A stretch of 64,000 bases of DNA, taken from the NCBI GenBank assembly GCA_045600085.1, contig JAZRXF010000094.1:6111-70110 (forward strand), in the 5' to 3' direction. The notes under the pieces are model-generated. The model was not told where the DNA came from. It ran no database searches and saw nothing but the letters and a program-made list of their open reading frames with translations. This document shows, piece after piece, positions 62,999-64,000 of this stretch. Source of the stretch: Lachnospiraceae bacterium. GTDB lineage: Bacteria > Bacillota > Clostridia > Lachnospirales > Lachnospiraceae. Position 1 is the first letter of the stretch. Every line of letters starts with the position of its first letter. The position numbers and the translations under genes were made by a program.

Positions 62999-64000
62999 AT
63001 GAATGAGAAAGTATTAAAAACACTAGAATTTTATAAAATTACTGACGCGATAAAGGAATATGCTGGCAGTGAGCCAGGTAAGGCAATGTGTGATAAGCTT
63101 CGTCCATCTTCCAATATAGAGTGGATACGTGAAGCTTTGGAGGAAACTGATGCTGCTCTTCTTCGTTTGGTAAAAAATGATCGCATTTCATTTTCTTCTA
63201 ATAGCGATATAAGAGCCACTATTAAGGAGGCCAAGATAGGACAGACTCTTTCTTCCAAGGAGTTACTTTCTATCGCTAGACTTCTTACACTTACGTCTGA
63301 GCTATCGACCTATGGTGAAAAACCGGGCGATGAGACACTGGGCGATGCTCTTAGTAAATATTTTGATAGGTTATACACCTTACCATTACTTGAAAAAGAA
63401 ATTAAGCGTTGTATTATCTCCGATGATGAAATTGCCGATGATGCCAGTAGCAAGCTTGCATCTATTCGTAAATCATACAGTGTTATAGGTAACAGGATTC
63501 ACACCCACCTCACAAATATGCTAAATGGTTCGGCGAGGACTTACTTACAGGATCCTGTAATAACTATGCGTAACAACAGGTACTGTTTACCTGTTAAGGC
63601 AGAATACAAGAGCCAGGTTCCTGGTATGGTTCATGATCAATCCTCTACGGGTAGCACTCTTTTCATTGAACCTGCAACAGTTGTTTCACTTAACAATGAA
63701 CTTAAAGAACTTGAACTACAGGAACGAGATGAAATAGCACGTATACTTTCTGATCTTTCAAGTAAAGTTTCTATCCATGGTGACAGTCTTCTCGAAAATC
63801 AGAAAACTATAACTCTTCTTGATTTCATATTCGCGAAGGGCAAATATGCTTTGAAGTTAAACGCAACAAAGCCTATTTTCAATGATGAGCACAGGATTAA
63901 TCTCCGCTCAGCGAGACATCCTCTTCTCGATCAAAGCAAAGCTGTCCCAATAAGCGTTTCACTTGGTGAGAACTTTGACCTCCTTATTATTACTGGTCCT
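62999..64000 (+). CDS. mutS2: endonuclease MutS2, N-terminal part (gene runs off the window end)
   Basis: From the ATG at 62999: MNEKVLKTLEFYKITDAIKEYAGSEPGKAMCDKL...LQDPVITMRNNRYCLPVKAEYKSQVPGMVHDQSSTGSTLFIEP...ARHPLL. The frame stays open through position 64000. Confidence 0.9.
   Translation, partial: MNEKVLKTLEFYKITDAIKEYAGSEPGKAMCDKLRPSSNIEWIREALEETDAALLRLVKNDRISFSSNSDIRATIKEAKIGQTLSSKELLSIARLLTLTSELSTYGEKPGDETLGDALSKYFDRLYTLPLLEKEIKRCIISDDEIADDASSKLASIRKSYSVIGNRIHTHLTNMLNGSARTYLQDPVITMRNNRYCLPVKAEYKSQVPGMVHDQSSTGSTLFIEPATVVSLNNELKELELQERDEIARILSDLSSKVSIHGDSLLENQKTITLLDFIFAKGKYALKLNATKPIFNDEHRINLRSARHPLLDQSKAVPISVSLGENFDLLIITGP

Noticed and set aside
1-64000. Search for mobile elements, prophage, defence islands, toxin-antitoxin pairs, rRNA/tRNA genes and CRISPR arrays.
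   Set aside because: No ORF shows transposase, integrase, recombinase, Cas, restriction-modification or phage structural signatures. No intergenic gap is long enough (maximum ~335 nt) or cloverleaf-like enough for rRNA or tRNA genes. I saw no long terminal inverted or direct repeats.

Overview
AT-rich chromosomal segment of a low-GC Firmicute. Gene content and order (yaaO-like, yaaR, holB, ricT/yaaT, rsmI, rqcP, yhaM, mutS2, degV, pyrK-type DHODH) point to Clostridia, probably Lachnospiraceae-like; this taxonomy is inference only. I call about 64 tightly packed protein-coding genes, roughly 85% on the minus strand. I recognised no rRNA, tRNA, CRISPR array, transposase, integrase or phage genes. 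Most of the window is core housekeeping: leuS (partial), cca, acpP, rsmI, holB, ispE, pyrC-pyrK-pyrD, murF-ddl, nadE, pgi, xth, rlmD, yhaM and mutS2 (partial). Accessory-looking envelope and surface modules are interspersed: an MBOAT+SGNH pair, three acyltransferase-3 paralogues, a GT2, an esterase and several lipoproteins. The parts most worth a second look are listed here. (1) A six-gene Bat-like MoxR/DUF58/vWA/vWA/TPR operon whose last protein carries an adhesin-type SpaA/Cna-B-like domain. (2) An Lsa-like ABC-F gene behind a ~300-nt leader with two terminator hairpins and a tiny uORF. (3) A candidate preQ1-I riboswitch upstream of a yhhQ-type transporter, and a BirA-operator-like site upstream of bioY. 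(4) An uncharacterised EF-Tu-domain-II-like/SseB-like protein translationally coupled to a 58-aa ORF that is absent from the ORF track. (5) Two apparent pseudoenzymes: a YaaO-type decarboxylase lacking the PLP lysine, and an HtrA-like protein lacking the catalytic triad. (6) A polytopic membrane J-domain protein paired with a lipoprotein. All family assignments come from reading motifs by eye, with no database search. Several ORF-track starts were moved to internal ATGs that have better RBS or N-terminal context.
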